This document shows, piece by piece, positions 44,080-54,976 of a stretch of 64,000 nucleotides of DNA. The notes below the pieces were generated by a model that worked only from the letters and a program-made list of their open reading frames with translations, ran no database searches and had not been told where the DNA came from. Made by a program: the position numbers and the translations under genes. Location: positions 310,001-374,000 of the forward strand of contig JAANOX010000083.1 of the NCBI GenBank assembly GCA_020184695.1, written 5' to 3'. The first letter of the stretch is position 1; every line of letters begins with the position of its first letter. Origin of the DNA: Histomonas meleagridis 2922-C6/04-290x (taxonomy: Eukaryota; Protista; Parabasalia).

Positions 44080-45954
44080 ATGATTTGGGAATTAATTTTG
44101 ACTTCTTCTTCTTGGATTGGATTTGAAATAATTAATTTATTGGCACCTAAAATTTGGGATACATATACAATTGTTGCAGGTGGAGTTTCAATAGGTATTA
44201 CAATATCAACATGGATTTATTACATTCTTGGAAGATTTATGTTTTTAGATAAAAAATTGGGAATATTAGTTTCAGCATTTACAATGGTTATTTCATATTT
44301 CATTCATATTAATAATAAAAGGAAAATTAAATTACCTCCCTTAAAAATTCCATTCCTTATTCTTCTCAGTTTACTATTTGTACTTTTTGCTCTTACAGTT
44401 AGCTGTGGATATTTAAGAGAAGGACGAATTTCAGCAGGAACAGTTTTTTCAGATCTTCCATTTCATATGTCAATCATTTCTTCATTTGGGTATGGTGGCA
44501 ACAGAAATTGTACTACTCCTCAAACACCATTTTATTCTGAAGTAAAACTTTGTTATCCATTAATTCCAGATTTCTTTAGTTCTGTTCTTATATGTTGTGG
44601 AGGAGCATCTCTTCGTATTTCTACAGCTGTTCCAACCTTAGTTCTTCTTATATGTTTGGTTTTTGCGATTCGTGCACTTTCCATACAATTTGCGAATGAT
44701 GATAAAATTACTATTTTAACCATAATTTTCTTTTTCAATGCCGGTGGGACAGGATGGCGTTATTATTTTATTGAAGAGAATCGAAATAATGTTAATGTAA
44801 ATTTATCACATGCATTTTCTAACGATAAATTTACATTTTGGATTCATCCACTTGTTCATTTTTTATTACCACAACGAAGTGCATTATTTTCAATGATACC
44901 AGCAATATTATGTTTATCATTATTTAATAATTTTGTCAATAACACAAGTGAAATTAAATCGGCGTTATTAACAGGAATTGAAATGGGTCTTTTACCAATG
45001 ATATCTGCGCATTCATATATAGCAGTTGGAGAATATGCAATTTTTTTAGTCCTTTTGAATTTTCCATATTTAGATTATAATAAATGGAAATCAACTTTTA
45101 CTGTGTGGTGTACATTTGGGTTTACAGCAATCTTTTTATCATTACCACAAGTTATACATTTAACAAGTACAAAACGTAATTCGTTTATGACAATTGAACC
45201 TATTCATCGTGAAACAGATAATTCACGATTTGGTTTCTTTAAAGTTTGGTGGTCATCACTTGGATCATTTGTATTTTTAGCTTTATTATGTGTTTGGGCA
45301 ACAAATAGTAAGCGACAAAATCAAATGTATATACCTTCGATAGGTTTGTGGATAGTATCTAATTTAATACGTTATCAACCAGGCGCAATGGATAACAACA
45401 AAGTATTTTATGCTGGTTGGTATACTTTAGCATGTTGTGAAGTTGCACAATTTTTTGTTGTAATGTTTTCACGTGGAAAAAGGTTCATACAAATTATTTT
45501 AATATTTATTGCTGCCGGATTTTTATTTACATCTTATGTTTCAGTGAAGAAATATATAATATATCCATTCCCAATGTTTAGTGAAGATGAGAAAAATTTC
45601 GGAATTTGGGTAATGGAAAATACGAGGCCGAATGATATATTTTTGACGCCGCCATTATTTGCAAACGCTGCAATGTCTTATGCAGGAAGAATTACTACTA
45701 TGGGTTATGCGGGTTGGATTGCGTCACATGGTTTGGATCTAAACCGAAGAATAAGTTTGGTAGTCCAAATGACACGTGAAACAGAAAATAGAGATTTGTT
45801 TAAAGAACATAACATAAGATATGCTGTATCGAAAACTGATGATGATACAACGGCTGGAATCTTGTTCCCAGAAGTAGGAAGTAATTCAATTTGGATGAAA
45901 ATATTAGAATTTAATTATTATAAGATTTATAGATTGTTAGATACAATGATGTAA
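44080..45954 (+). CDS. Polytopic membrane protein, putative GT-C-fold glycosyltransferase
   Basis: More than 10 TM segments; first luminal loop motif SDLPFHMSIISSF, YPLIPDF, LLPQRS; soluble C-terminal domain (AGRITTMGYAGWIASHG..NIRYAV). Function inferred. Confidence 0.55.
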   Translation: MIWELILTSSSWIGFEIINLLAPKIWDTYTIVAGGVSIGITISTWIYYILGRFMFLDKKLGILVSAFTMVISYFIHINNKRKIKLPPLKIPFLILLSLLFVLFALTVSCGYLREGRISAGTVFSDLPFHMSIISSFGYGGNRNCTTPQTPFYSEVKLCYPLIPDFFSSVLICCGGASLRISTAVPTLVLLICLVFAIRALSIQFANDDKITILTIIFFFNAGGTGWRYYFIEENRNNVNVNLSHAFSNDKFTFWIHPLVHFLLPQRSALFSMIPAILCLSLFNNFVNNTSEIKSALLTGIEMGLLPMISAHSYIAVGEYAIFLVLLNFPYLDYNKWKSTFTVWCTFGFTAIFLSLPQVIHLTSTKRNSFMTIEPIHRETDNSRFGFFKVWWSSLGSFVFLALLCVWATNSKRQNQMYIPSIGLWIVSNLIRYQPGAMDNNKVFYAGWYTLACCEVAQFFVVMFSRGKRFIQIILIFIAAGFLFTSYVSVKKYIIYPFPMFSEDEKNFGIWVMENTRPNDIFLTPPLFANAAMSYAGRITTMGYAGWIASHGLDLNRRISLVVQMTRETENRDLFKEHNIRYAVSKTDDDTTAGILFPEVGSNSIWMKILEFNYYKIYRLLDTMM

Positions 45955-46012
45955 AAAAAAAATAATTATTTTACTTTAATAAATGACTCTTTATGATGAT
46001 GTTATTGTTGGT

Positions 46013-46020
46013 GACCGTTT
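46013..46020 (+). promoter_or_regulatory. M3-like motif (GACCGTTT)
   Basis: RRCSGTTD match ~50 nt before ATG 46071. Confidence 0.4.
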
Positions 46021-46070
46021 GAGGTTCGAATTGGTTTTGAACGTTAATTGGTTGGACAACTTAAATTTAA

Positions 46071-46760
46071 ATGAAAATTATTGTTCAGCAAGTAAAAGGC
46101 GAACCTCAAGAAATAGAAGTAACAGACAAAACAACCATCGAAGAGGCGCGTGATATGCTAATATCTAAAGCAGGATTTAAAAAAGGTATATACAAGTTCA
46201 TATTCAAAGGAAAATTCTTAAAAAACCCTCACCCTTTCGCTGGCTTGAAAGAAAAAGCCCACATTATACTTTACATTAAGAAACAAAATGAAAATCAAAG
46301 GCAAAATCAATCAGAAGCAACTCAAAGAGCTGAACAAGAAATTCAAGGCTTTGTTAATGATATCTTAAATAATTCATTAATACGTCAGCTCTACAACCAA
46401 CAAAATATTATGTGGTCAAATCCAGCTGCTATTCAAGAAATGCATTTAATATTAAACGAAAATCCAGAAGCAATTAACATTGTAAGTGACTTTATGACCC
46501 AACATTTTGGAGCTGCATTGAGGTTTAGCGGAGCTTCTGTTGATACAGCTTTAGGAATAATTGGTCAATCAATGCCTCAAACCGAATTTTTCAATGATTA
46601 TGAAGCATCAATTCAACAACTTTCGGAAAGCCAATGGCAAGATTTGAAGAAAATAATTGATCTTGGATATGAAGAACATATTGCATTCGATTTTTTCTCT
46701 AATAATGATTTCAACTATGAAAAAACAGTTCAAAGTTTAAATGAAGCATTCAGTGAATAA
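46071..46760 (+). CDS. Ubiquitin-like (UBL) / UBA domain protein, Rad23/Dsk2-like shuttle
   Basis: N-terminal MKIIVQQVKGEPQEIEV...KFIFKGKFLK (UBL), central Sti1-like NPAAIQ..NPEA, C-terminal LKKIIDLGYEEHIAFDFF..NDFNYEKTVQSL (UBA). Confidence 0.75.
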   Translation: MKIIVQQVKGEPQEIEVTDKTTIEEARDMLISKAGFKKGIYKFIFKGKFLKNPHPFAGLKEKAHIILYIKKQNENQRQNQSEATQRAEQEIQGFVNDILNNSLIRQLYNQQNIMWSNPAAIQEMHLILNENPEAINIVSDFMTQHFGAALRFSGASVDTALGIIGQSMPQTEFFNDYEASIQQLSESQWQDLKKIIDLGYEEHIAFDFFSNNDFNYEKTVQSLNEAFSE

Positions 46761-47390
46761 AATTAATAAAAATTACTTTTAAGATCAAATCTATTTTGTT
46801 AATACAGATAATTTGTCAACATTACTTTGAAAGATAATATAACTAATTTTAATAATAACTTTTTTATTTGCTTGTTGTTAACAGCTGAGGTTTAATATTA
46901 AAACACTATAATTCTTTTATAATATGTTCAATAATGCTTTAATTATTTTCCAATATCACTCAATATTTTAACAGTTACTGTGAAAATATATAAATTTTGA
47001 TTTGGTTTTTTATAATTTTTTAGGTAACTGTAAGAATTGAATTTATCGGTGATACAAAAACTTGGAAATACGATTAAATTGGATTCAAAACAAACATATT
47101 GATCCCTTGGTAAATTGCAAGCCAATATCGGAAAAATGATCATTTTTAAGATTTTGTGTTTGTAAAACAGAATTTTCGTTAGGATTCCATTTCAGCTCCA
47201 ACATATTGTATCATTTGTGATGACTCCTCTAATTCTTGGAATAAACAGCTCCATATTATTGTTACGAAGAAATCTTTTGAATATTTTTGAATCGGAACAA
47301 CTCAGTTAGGCAGAAGATGCCTTTGCACCTCCGATGTAAATAAGAAAGAAAACAAAAACAATAATTTATATTTGATTTGATTTATTTAAT

Positions 47391-50300
47391 TCATTTGTCC
47401 GCTTTTCCACGGAAAATTAATTGTGTTGCATCGGATTCTGGCAAATCAACAAAGATTTGGTAAAGTTGTGGACGTTGGATAGAGTCTAATCGCTCTTTGA
47501 TCTCTTTGATTGCATCCCAAACATCGGGTGAAACTTGTTCGTGTTCTGGTTTCTTGGAGTGCTTAGATTTAGGCTTAGTCTTGTCAGATGAATCAGAAGA
47601 ACTTGAGCTATCACTGATATTAACATCACGTGTTTGAACAACTGGTTGTTCTTCTGTTGGTTTGGTTTCTGCTGGTTGTTGTTGTTGCATCTTGAGTTTC
47701 TTCAACTCATATTTGATACACTTCAATGACTTCTTATATTTCTTGAGATCATCCTTAATCTCTTCAATGTCTTCATCGTTCTTATTGTTGTTCCTTGGTC
47801 TCTTAATAATAACTTTACGTACCTTCTTAGGTCCTTTGCTCTTGTTGTCTTCTGCTGGTTGTTCTTCTGTTGGTTGTTCTGCTGGTTGTTCTGTTGGTTG
47901 CGGTTCTGCAGTTGGTGTAGGTGATTGTTCTGGTGTTGATTCTGTTAATTCATCTCCTTCTTCTGCTTCTTCTAATTCATTAACAATTTGTTTGAGTTTC
48001 TTAACTTCATATTTGATACACTTCAATGACTTCTTATATTTCTTGAGATCATCCTTAATCTCTTCAATGTCTTCATCGTTCTTATTGTTGTTCCTTGGCT
48101 TCTTAATAATAATCTTACGTACCTTCTTAGGTCCTTTGCTCTTGTTGTCTTCTGCTGGTTGTTCTGCTGGTTGTTCAATGGGTTGTTCCTCTGCTGGTTC
48201 TGCTTCTGCTTCTGGTTCCTCTTCAGCTTCAGATACAATTTGTTTGAGTTTCTTCAACTCATATTTAATGCATTTCAATGATTTCTTCATATTCTTAAGA
48301 TCTTCTTTATCTTCATCATCATGTTTATCTTCTGGTTTGCTGTCCTTCAATTTATCTATGTCATCACGTAATGATTTGAGCTCATCCCTTAATTGGTTGT
48401 AAGTCTTCGTTGTTATCATTCTTTGGCTTCTTAGATGATGAGGATGATGAATCACTGATATTAACATCACGTGTTTGAACAACTGGTTCTTCTTCTGTTG
48501 GTTTGGTTTCTGTTGGTTGTTGTTGTTGTAACTTAAGTTTCTTCATTTCATATTTAAGACATTTCAAGAGTTTGTTTTGTTTCTTAACATTCTCTTTAAG
48601 TTCTTCAATATCTTCATCGTTCTTATTGTTGTTCCTTGGTCTCTTAATAATAACTTTACGTACCTTCTTAGGTCCTTTGCTCTTGTTGTCTTCTGCTGGC
48701 TGTTCTGTTGGTTGTTCTGCTGGTTGTTCTGTTGGTTGCGGTTCTGCAGTTGGTGTAGGTGATTGTTCTGGTGTTGATTCTGTTAATTCATCTCCTTCTT
48801 CTGCTTCTTCTAATTCATTAACAATTTGTTTGAGTTTCTTAACTTCATATTTAAGACATTTGATTGAAATCTTATATTTCTTGAGATCATCCTTAATCTC
48901 TTCAATGTCTTCATCGTTCTTATTGTTGTTCCTTGGCTTCTTAATAATAATCTTACGTACCTTCTTAGGTCCTTTGCTCTTGTTGTCTTCTGCTGGTTGT
49001 TCTGCTGGTTGTTCAATGGGTTGTTCAATGGGTTGTTCCTCTGCTGGTTCTGCTTCTGCTTCTGGTTCCTCTTCAGCTTCAGATACAATTTGTTTGAGTT
49101 TCTTCAACTCATATTTAATGCATTTCAATGATTTCTTCATATTCTTAAGATCTTCTTTATCTTCATCATCATGTTTATCTTCTGGTTTGCTGTCCTTCAA
49201 TTTATCTATGTCATCACGTAATGATTTGAGCTCATCCTTAATTGGTTGTAAGTCTTCGTTGTTATCATTCTTTGGCTTCTTAGATGATGAGGATGATGAA
49301 TCACTGATATTAACATCACGTGTTTGAACAACTGGTTCTTCTTCTGTTGGTTTGGTTTCTGTTGGTTGTTGTTGTTGTAACTTAAGTTTCTTCATTTCAT
49401 ATTTAAGACATTTCAAGAGTTTGTTTTGTTTCTTAACATTCTCTTTAAGTTCTTCAATATCTTCATCGTTCTTATTGTTGTTCCTTGGTCTCTTAATAAT
49501 AACTTTACGTACCTTCTTAGGTCCTTTGCTCTTGTTGTCTTCTGCTGGCTGTTCTGTTGGTTGCGGTTCTGCAGTTGGTGTAGGTGATTGTTCTGGTGTT
49601 GATTCTGTTAATTCATCTCCTTCTTCTGCTTCTTCTAATTCATTAACAATTTGTTTGAGTTTCTTAACTTCATATTTAAGACATTTGATTGAAATCTTAT
49701 ATTTCTTAAGATCTTCTTTATCTTCATCATCATGTTTGTCTTCTGGTTTGCTGTCCTTCAATTTATTGATTTCATCACCAAGGCGTTGTAATTCATCCTT
49801 AATTGGTTGTAAGTCTTCATTGTTATCATTCTTAGGCTTCTTAGATGATGAGGATGATGAATCACTGATATTAACATCACGTGTTTGAACAACTGGTTCT
49901 TCTTCTGTTGGTTTGGTTTCTGCTGATTGTTGTTGTTGTAACTTAAGTTTCTTCATTTCATATTTAAGACATTTGATTGAAATCTTATATTTCTTGAGAT
50001 CATCCTTAATCTCTTCAATGTCTTCATCGTTCTTATTGTTGTTCCTTGGCTTCTTAATAATAATCTTACGTACCTTCTTAGGTCCTTTGCTCTTGTTGTC
50101 TTCTGCTGGTTGTTCTGCTGGTTGTTCAATGGGTTGTTCCTCTGCTGGTTCTGCTTCTGCTTCTGGTTCCTCTTCGGCTTCAGATACAATTTGTTTGAGT
50201 TTCTTCAACTCATATTTAATGCATTTCAATGATTTCTTCATATTCTTAAGATCTTCTTTTATCTTCATCATCATGTTTATCTTCTGGTTTGCTGTCCTTC

Positions 50301-52496
50301 AATTTATCTATGTCATCACGTAATGATTTGAGCTCATCCTTAATTGGTTGTAAGTCTTCGTTGTTATCATTCTTTGGCTTCTTAGATGATGAGGATGATG
50401 AATCACTGATATTAACATCACGTGTTTGAACAACTGGTTCTTCTTCTGTTGGTTTGGTTTCTGCTGATTGTTGTTGTTGCATCTTGAGTTTCTTCAACTC
50501 ATATTTGATACACTTCAATGACTTCTTATATTTCTTGAGATCATCCTTAATCTCTTCAATGTCTTCATCGTTCTTATTGTTGTTCCTTGGCTTCTTAATA
50601 ATAATCTTACGTACCTTCTTAGGTCCTTTGCTCTTGTTGTCTTCTGCTGGTTGTTCTGCTGGTTTTTCTGCTGGTTGTTCAATGGGTTGTTCCTCTGCTG
50701 GTTCTGCTTCTGCTTCTGGTTCCTCTTCGGCTTCAGATACAATTTGTTTGAGTTTCTTCAACTCATATTTAATGCATTTCAATGATTTCTTCATATTCTT
50801 AAGATCTTCTTTATCTTCATCATCATGTTTATCTTCTGGTTTGCTGTCCTTCAATTTATCTATGTCATCACGTAATGATTTGAGCTCATCCTTAATTGGT
50901 TGTAAGTCTTCGTTGTTATCATTCTTTGGCTTCTTAGATGATGAGGATGATGAATCACTGATATTAACATCACGTGTTTGAACAACTGGTTCTTCTTCTG
51001 TTGGTTTGGTTTCTGTTGGTTGTTGTTGTTGTAACTTAAGTTTCTTCATTTCATATTTAAGACATTTCAAGAGTTTGTTTTTGTTTCTTAACATTCTCTT
51101 TAAGTTCTTCAATATCTTCATCGTTCTTATTGTTGTTCCTTGGTCTCTTAATAATAACTTTACGTACCTTCTTAGGTCCTTTGCTCTTGTTGTCTTCTGC
51201 TGGCTGTTCTGTTGGTTGTTCTGCTGGTTGTTCTGCTGGTTGTTCTGTTGGTTGTTCACTTACTTGTGATAGTTCTTCATTTGTTTCAGGTTCTTCTTCT
51301 AATTCAGTTACAATTTGTTTGAGTTTCTTCAACTCATATTTGATACACTTAAGGGATATATTAAATTTCTTGATATCACCTTTCTGTTGATCATTTTCAT
51401 TTGGTTTATCTGCTTTCAATTTGTCAACATCATCTCTAAGAGATTTGAAATCGTCCTTTAATGAATTAAATTCGTCTTCAATATCATTCTTTCCTTCTTT
51501 GTCGTCACTTAATTCAATATTTCGTTCTTGAACAATTGGTTCTTCAACTTCATTCGGGAGTTGTGCACATTTGAGTTTCTTCAACTCATATTTGATGCAC
51601 TTAAGTGATTTGGTGTATTTGTTGAATTGTTCACTGATTTCTTTGTCTTTTTCGCCCTTTGAATTTTTAACTGAATCTAACTCTTCTTTAATAGAATCAA
51701 TGTTCTTTTGTAGATCGCCGTTAATTTGATTGGATTCTTTGTCTTTGAGCATCTTCTTCATTTCATACTTCAAGCAACGAACTTCACGCTCAACATTACT
51801 AAATTTGGAAAACTTTTCTTTGAGGTCATTCGATACATTTGCTACATCATTGATTTTGTCTTTAAGTTCGTTAAGTTCATCATTTTGTTTTTCAGAAAGA
51901 TCAACAGAACGTTCTTTAACATCTGGAACTTCGTCTTTGAGTTTTTCAAAATCGTCTTTCATGGCCTTTAGTTTTTCAATTTCATCTTTGATTCCATCCA
52001 TATCAGCTTCAAGCTTCTGAATCTTTTCGCCATCTTTTTGTTTGGCTTCCTCTATGTTTTGAGTGATTTGGTTGATGGTTTCGTTCTTACTTTGATTTAT
52101 CTGAACTAATGTTTGTTCACTCAGTTCCGAAATTTTTAATTCAAGAATCTGAATTTTTTTCTTAATTTCGTCAACTTCGACGTTCACTTCGAATTTCTCA
52201 TCCTTTGAATCTCCAGACCCACCTTCAAGCTTCTCAATTCGATCTGTATGATCTTGAATTTGGTCAAAAAGATCGCTAATTTGTTCATCAACTTGTTTTT
52301 GGACAATCTTCTTTATATTTTTGTTACTACCTTCAATGATTTCTTTCATCTTGTTGATTTCATTTTTTACATTGTGATTAAGATCTGTGAATTTTTTATC
52401 CATTTCTAAGATATCAGTTTGGCATTGCTCAACCCGAAATTCTAGGGTTCCAATCTGCCCCTGACCTTTGAGATTATTAATTTCTCCTTCAGTCAT
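47391..52496 (-). CDS. Giant modular coiled-coil repeat protein (copy 2; ~1700 aa if frameshifts are corrected)
   Basis: ATG at 52496 (MTEGEINNLKGQGQ, paralogous to MTEGEIDNLKDQGQ). Modules A, B and a third module C (QIVNELEEAEEGDELTESTPEQSPTP...); about 16 KC(I/L)KYE motifs. Ends LIFRGKADK* at 47391. 1-nt indels near 51070, 50260 and 48390. Confidence 0.8.
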
Positions 52497-53879
52497 AAAT
52501 TTGTCAAAAAACTTCCTTAAAATTATTGAAATGCATCTATCGTCTACGTTTTTTTTGCTTTTTGTAATGTTTACCGATTCAATCATTGAAAAAGTAGGGG
52601 TTAATTGTGAGGTGATATGAAGCAAAAAGGGTAATCTTATCAAAAGCGAAGCCCAAATGAAATTTTGACGAAAAACGCTAAATCATTCATATACTAATGA
52701 TAAATAAACAATAAATTTATTGAATAACTTTTTTGCTACTTCTTACATATAGCTTATGTTAAAATTAACGTTAATAAAATATCAAGATTCAAAAGAAAAA
52801 TATAAAAGATAAAAAATCTTTATATAGAATTTCATTTACTATGTCGCATAATTGGAATTTGATTATTCATACCACCAATTCCCTTTTGATATATCGAATA
52901 TTTTTACTGTTTCCTGCCAGGTCGGACGTTGACTTTAGCCCATTGAAGCGCTTCAAATTTGAATAAAGCAGAAAAAGTATTCAGAATATTGAGAATCAAC
53001 GCTGACGGGAACACTTTTTGATAAGTTGCGAAACGGCTGTCGGTTGATGCATGCAATTAATTTCAAAGGTCCACTCAAAAAAAAACGAACGTTGTTTGAA
53101 AAACGAATTTTTAACGTTCGCTTTTTAAACTTTTTTTTTTAATTTGCATTCATTGATGTACCAATGGTATCTCACTGATTTCCTAACGAAACCCAATACA
53201 CAAAAGACAATTTGAAAAATCAAAATATTAATTTTTTTATTCAAATAAAATTGAGTTCAGTAAATTTTTGCAATTAGTTACATATATATATTGAAAACAT
53301 GATTTTCCATTAATTAAAAATAGGTATTTTTCATTAGATATCTAAAAATAAGAAAATTTTATTTATCTTATGCATAACTTTTCGAAATGTTACTATTCAT
53401 TTTTGAAATAGAAGATTTTGATGATAAGCATTTTGAGAAGATAGCTAAGTTGAATGTTTCAAGTAAATTTACTTATTTTTAATATCATTTTCTTGGTAAT
53501 AATTTTTCTATAACATTTTTAACAACAAAAATATCTGATAATGGTAGTACTAATAAAATTAGTATACGCGAAAGCACATTGAATATAAATAGATTTCTTT
53601 GAACACCAATTTTTGAAGTGTAAACATGTTTGTGAAATGTTTTCACTTATTTTGATTTCATTATTTTTTTTTCTCGAATTTCTTAAGCAGAAACAATTTC
53701 ATTTTAGATTATCGATTAGTTCTCATTCATCTGAAGAATCCGCCACAGGTATTTGTTGGTTTCTTCTTAACAAAGATCACCACATGGCCATAATCATGAT
53801 TAACAAAAGACATTTGTTGATGTTTTTTCAAATATCCAATTAAACCTGTATTGCTATTAATTATAACCTATATTATTAC

Positions 53880-54400
53880 AATTACTAATAGTTGGCACAT
53901 TTGAGAGCATCCCATAATAGCTCTATCGGAAGCATCTTCCTTTATTAGCAGTTGCGCATTGTAACTCAATGACGTTGATCCTTATATATGCTTTAGGCTT
54001 ATGATTTATATGTCTTTGATAAACATTATCTGGTAACTTGGTAATTTCTTAAGGTTAAATCTCAAAGAAAAAAACATTTTAATTACCTATTTCTATATTT
54101 ACTTTTTTATATGTACCAATACCATTACTCCAGAATAATTAATTCGGCACTTGCTACATTATATTTTGGTATGAATATTGCCTTTAATAAGTTATCAGCA
54201 TTAACTTCTTTTCTGTATAATAAACTGCCTCTGGTTTACATCCAAAAACCAACAAAATAAATAAATTAATGCCTGACGCCTATGAATTCGTTTGAATTGG
54301 ATAATAAATAATTGTATACAATTAATTGCATTCCAAGTTTATCATCAATATATGTAGCTCGTGCTTGTTTGTTGGATTGCTTCATTGATATCCTTTTGAA
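53880..54400 (-). pseudogene. Heavily decayed coding remnant, possibly tyrosine-recombinase-like
   Basis: Minus-strand fragments MKQSNKQARATYIDD..., LFILLVFGCKPEAV, SIYKDQRH.VTM, MLPIELLWDAL amid many stops. Resemblance to integrase R- and RH-boxes is weak. Confidence 0.25.
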
Positions 54401-54976
54401 AAAAGAATTCAAAGTCTTCCAATATAAAATTCCAGTTAACCCTTCAGATTTTTGTACCCATTAGCATTTTAATGACGTTAGCCTTGAATTCGAATGAAAT
54501 AACCAACAATAAATTGTAACTTATTAGCTTTTTTTTTTTTTGGAATTACTTTGTAAATTCTTAAAATATAAATTTCTTCATGGATCTTAACACTGTTTTT
54601 AAGTATTTTAAGATTTGTTATAATATGTTGTAAAAAAGTTATAAATATCCTTCTTTTAATATTTTTTAATTACAATATTTTTCATGTTAAACCAAAATTT
54701 TCGTATGAATAAATTTTATAAGTGAACAAATTGATCAATTTTTTTTAAAATAAGAGCATTCAACAAACATATTATAGCATTTTAATTAAAAAAACGCATA
54801 TTTTTCTCTTTTTGGAAATATTAATTATGTACAAATTTTTGTTCATTATAAAATATCAAAAATTTATCTCAGCAACTTAAAAATAACTTTAAATTTAAAT
54901 CAAGAATTTCTAGTTACCAATCAAGATTAAAAAAAATAATAAATTTAAGTGGGTAATTTATTGAAAAATATTGAAC

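Noticed and set aside
46943-47340. Minus-strand coding-like remnant after giant gene copy 2
   Set aside because: Interrupted by stops and no recognisable domain; cannot assign.
52860-53070. GC-elevated patch as ncRNA or small gene
   Set aside because: No tRNA, snoRNA or snRNA motifs and no sustained ORF recognised.
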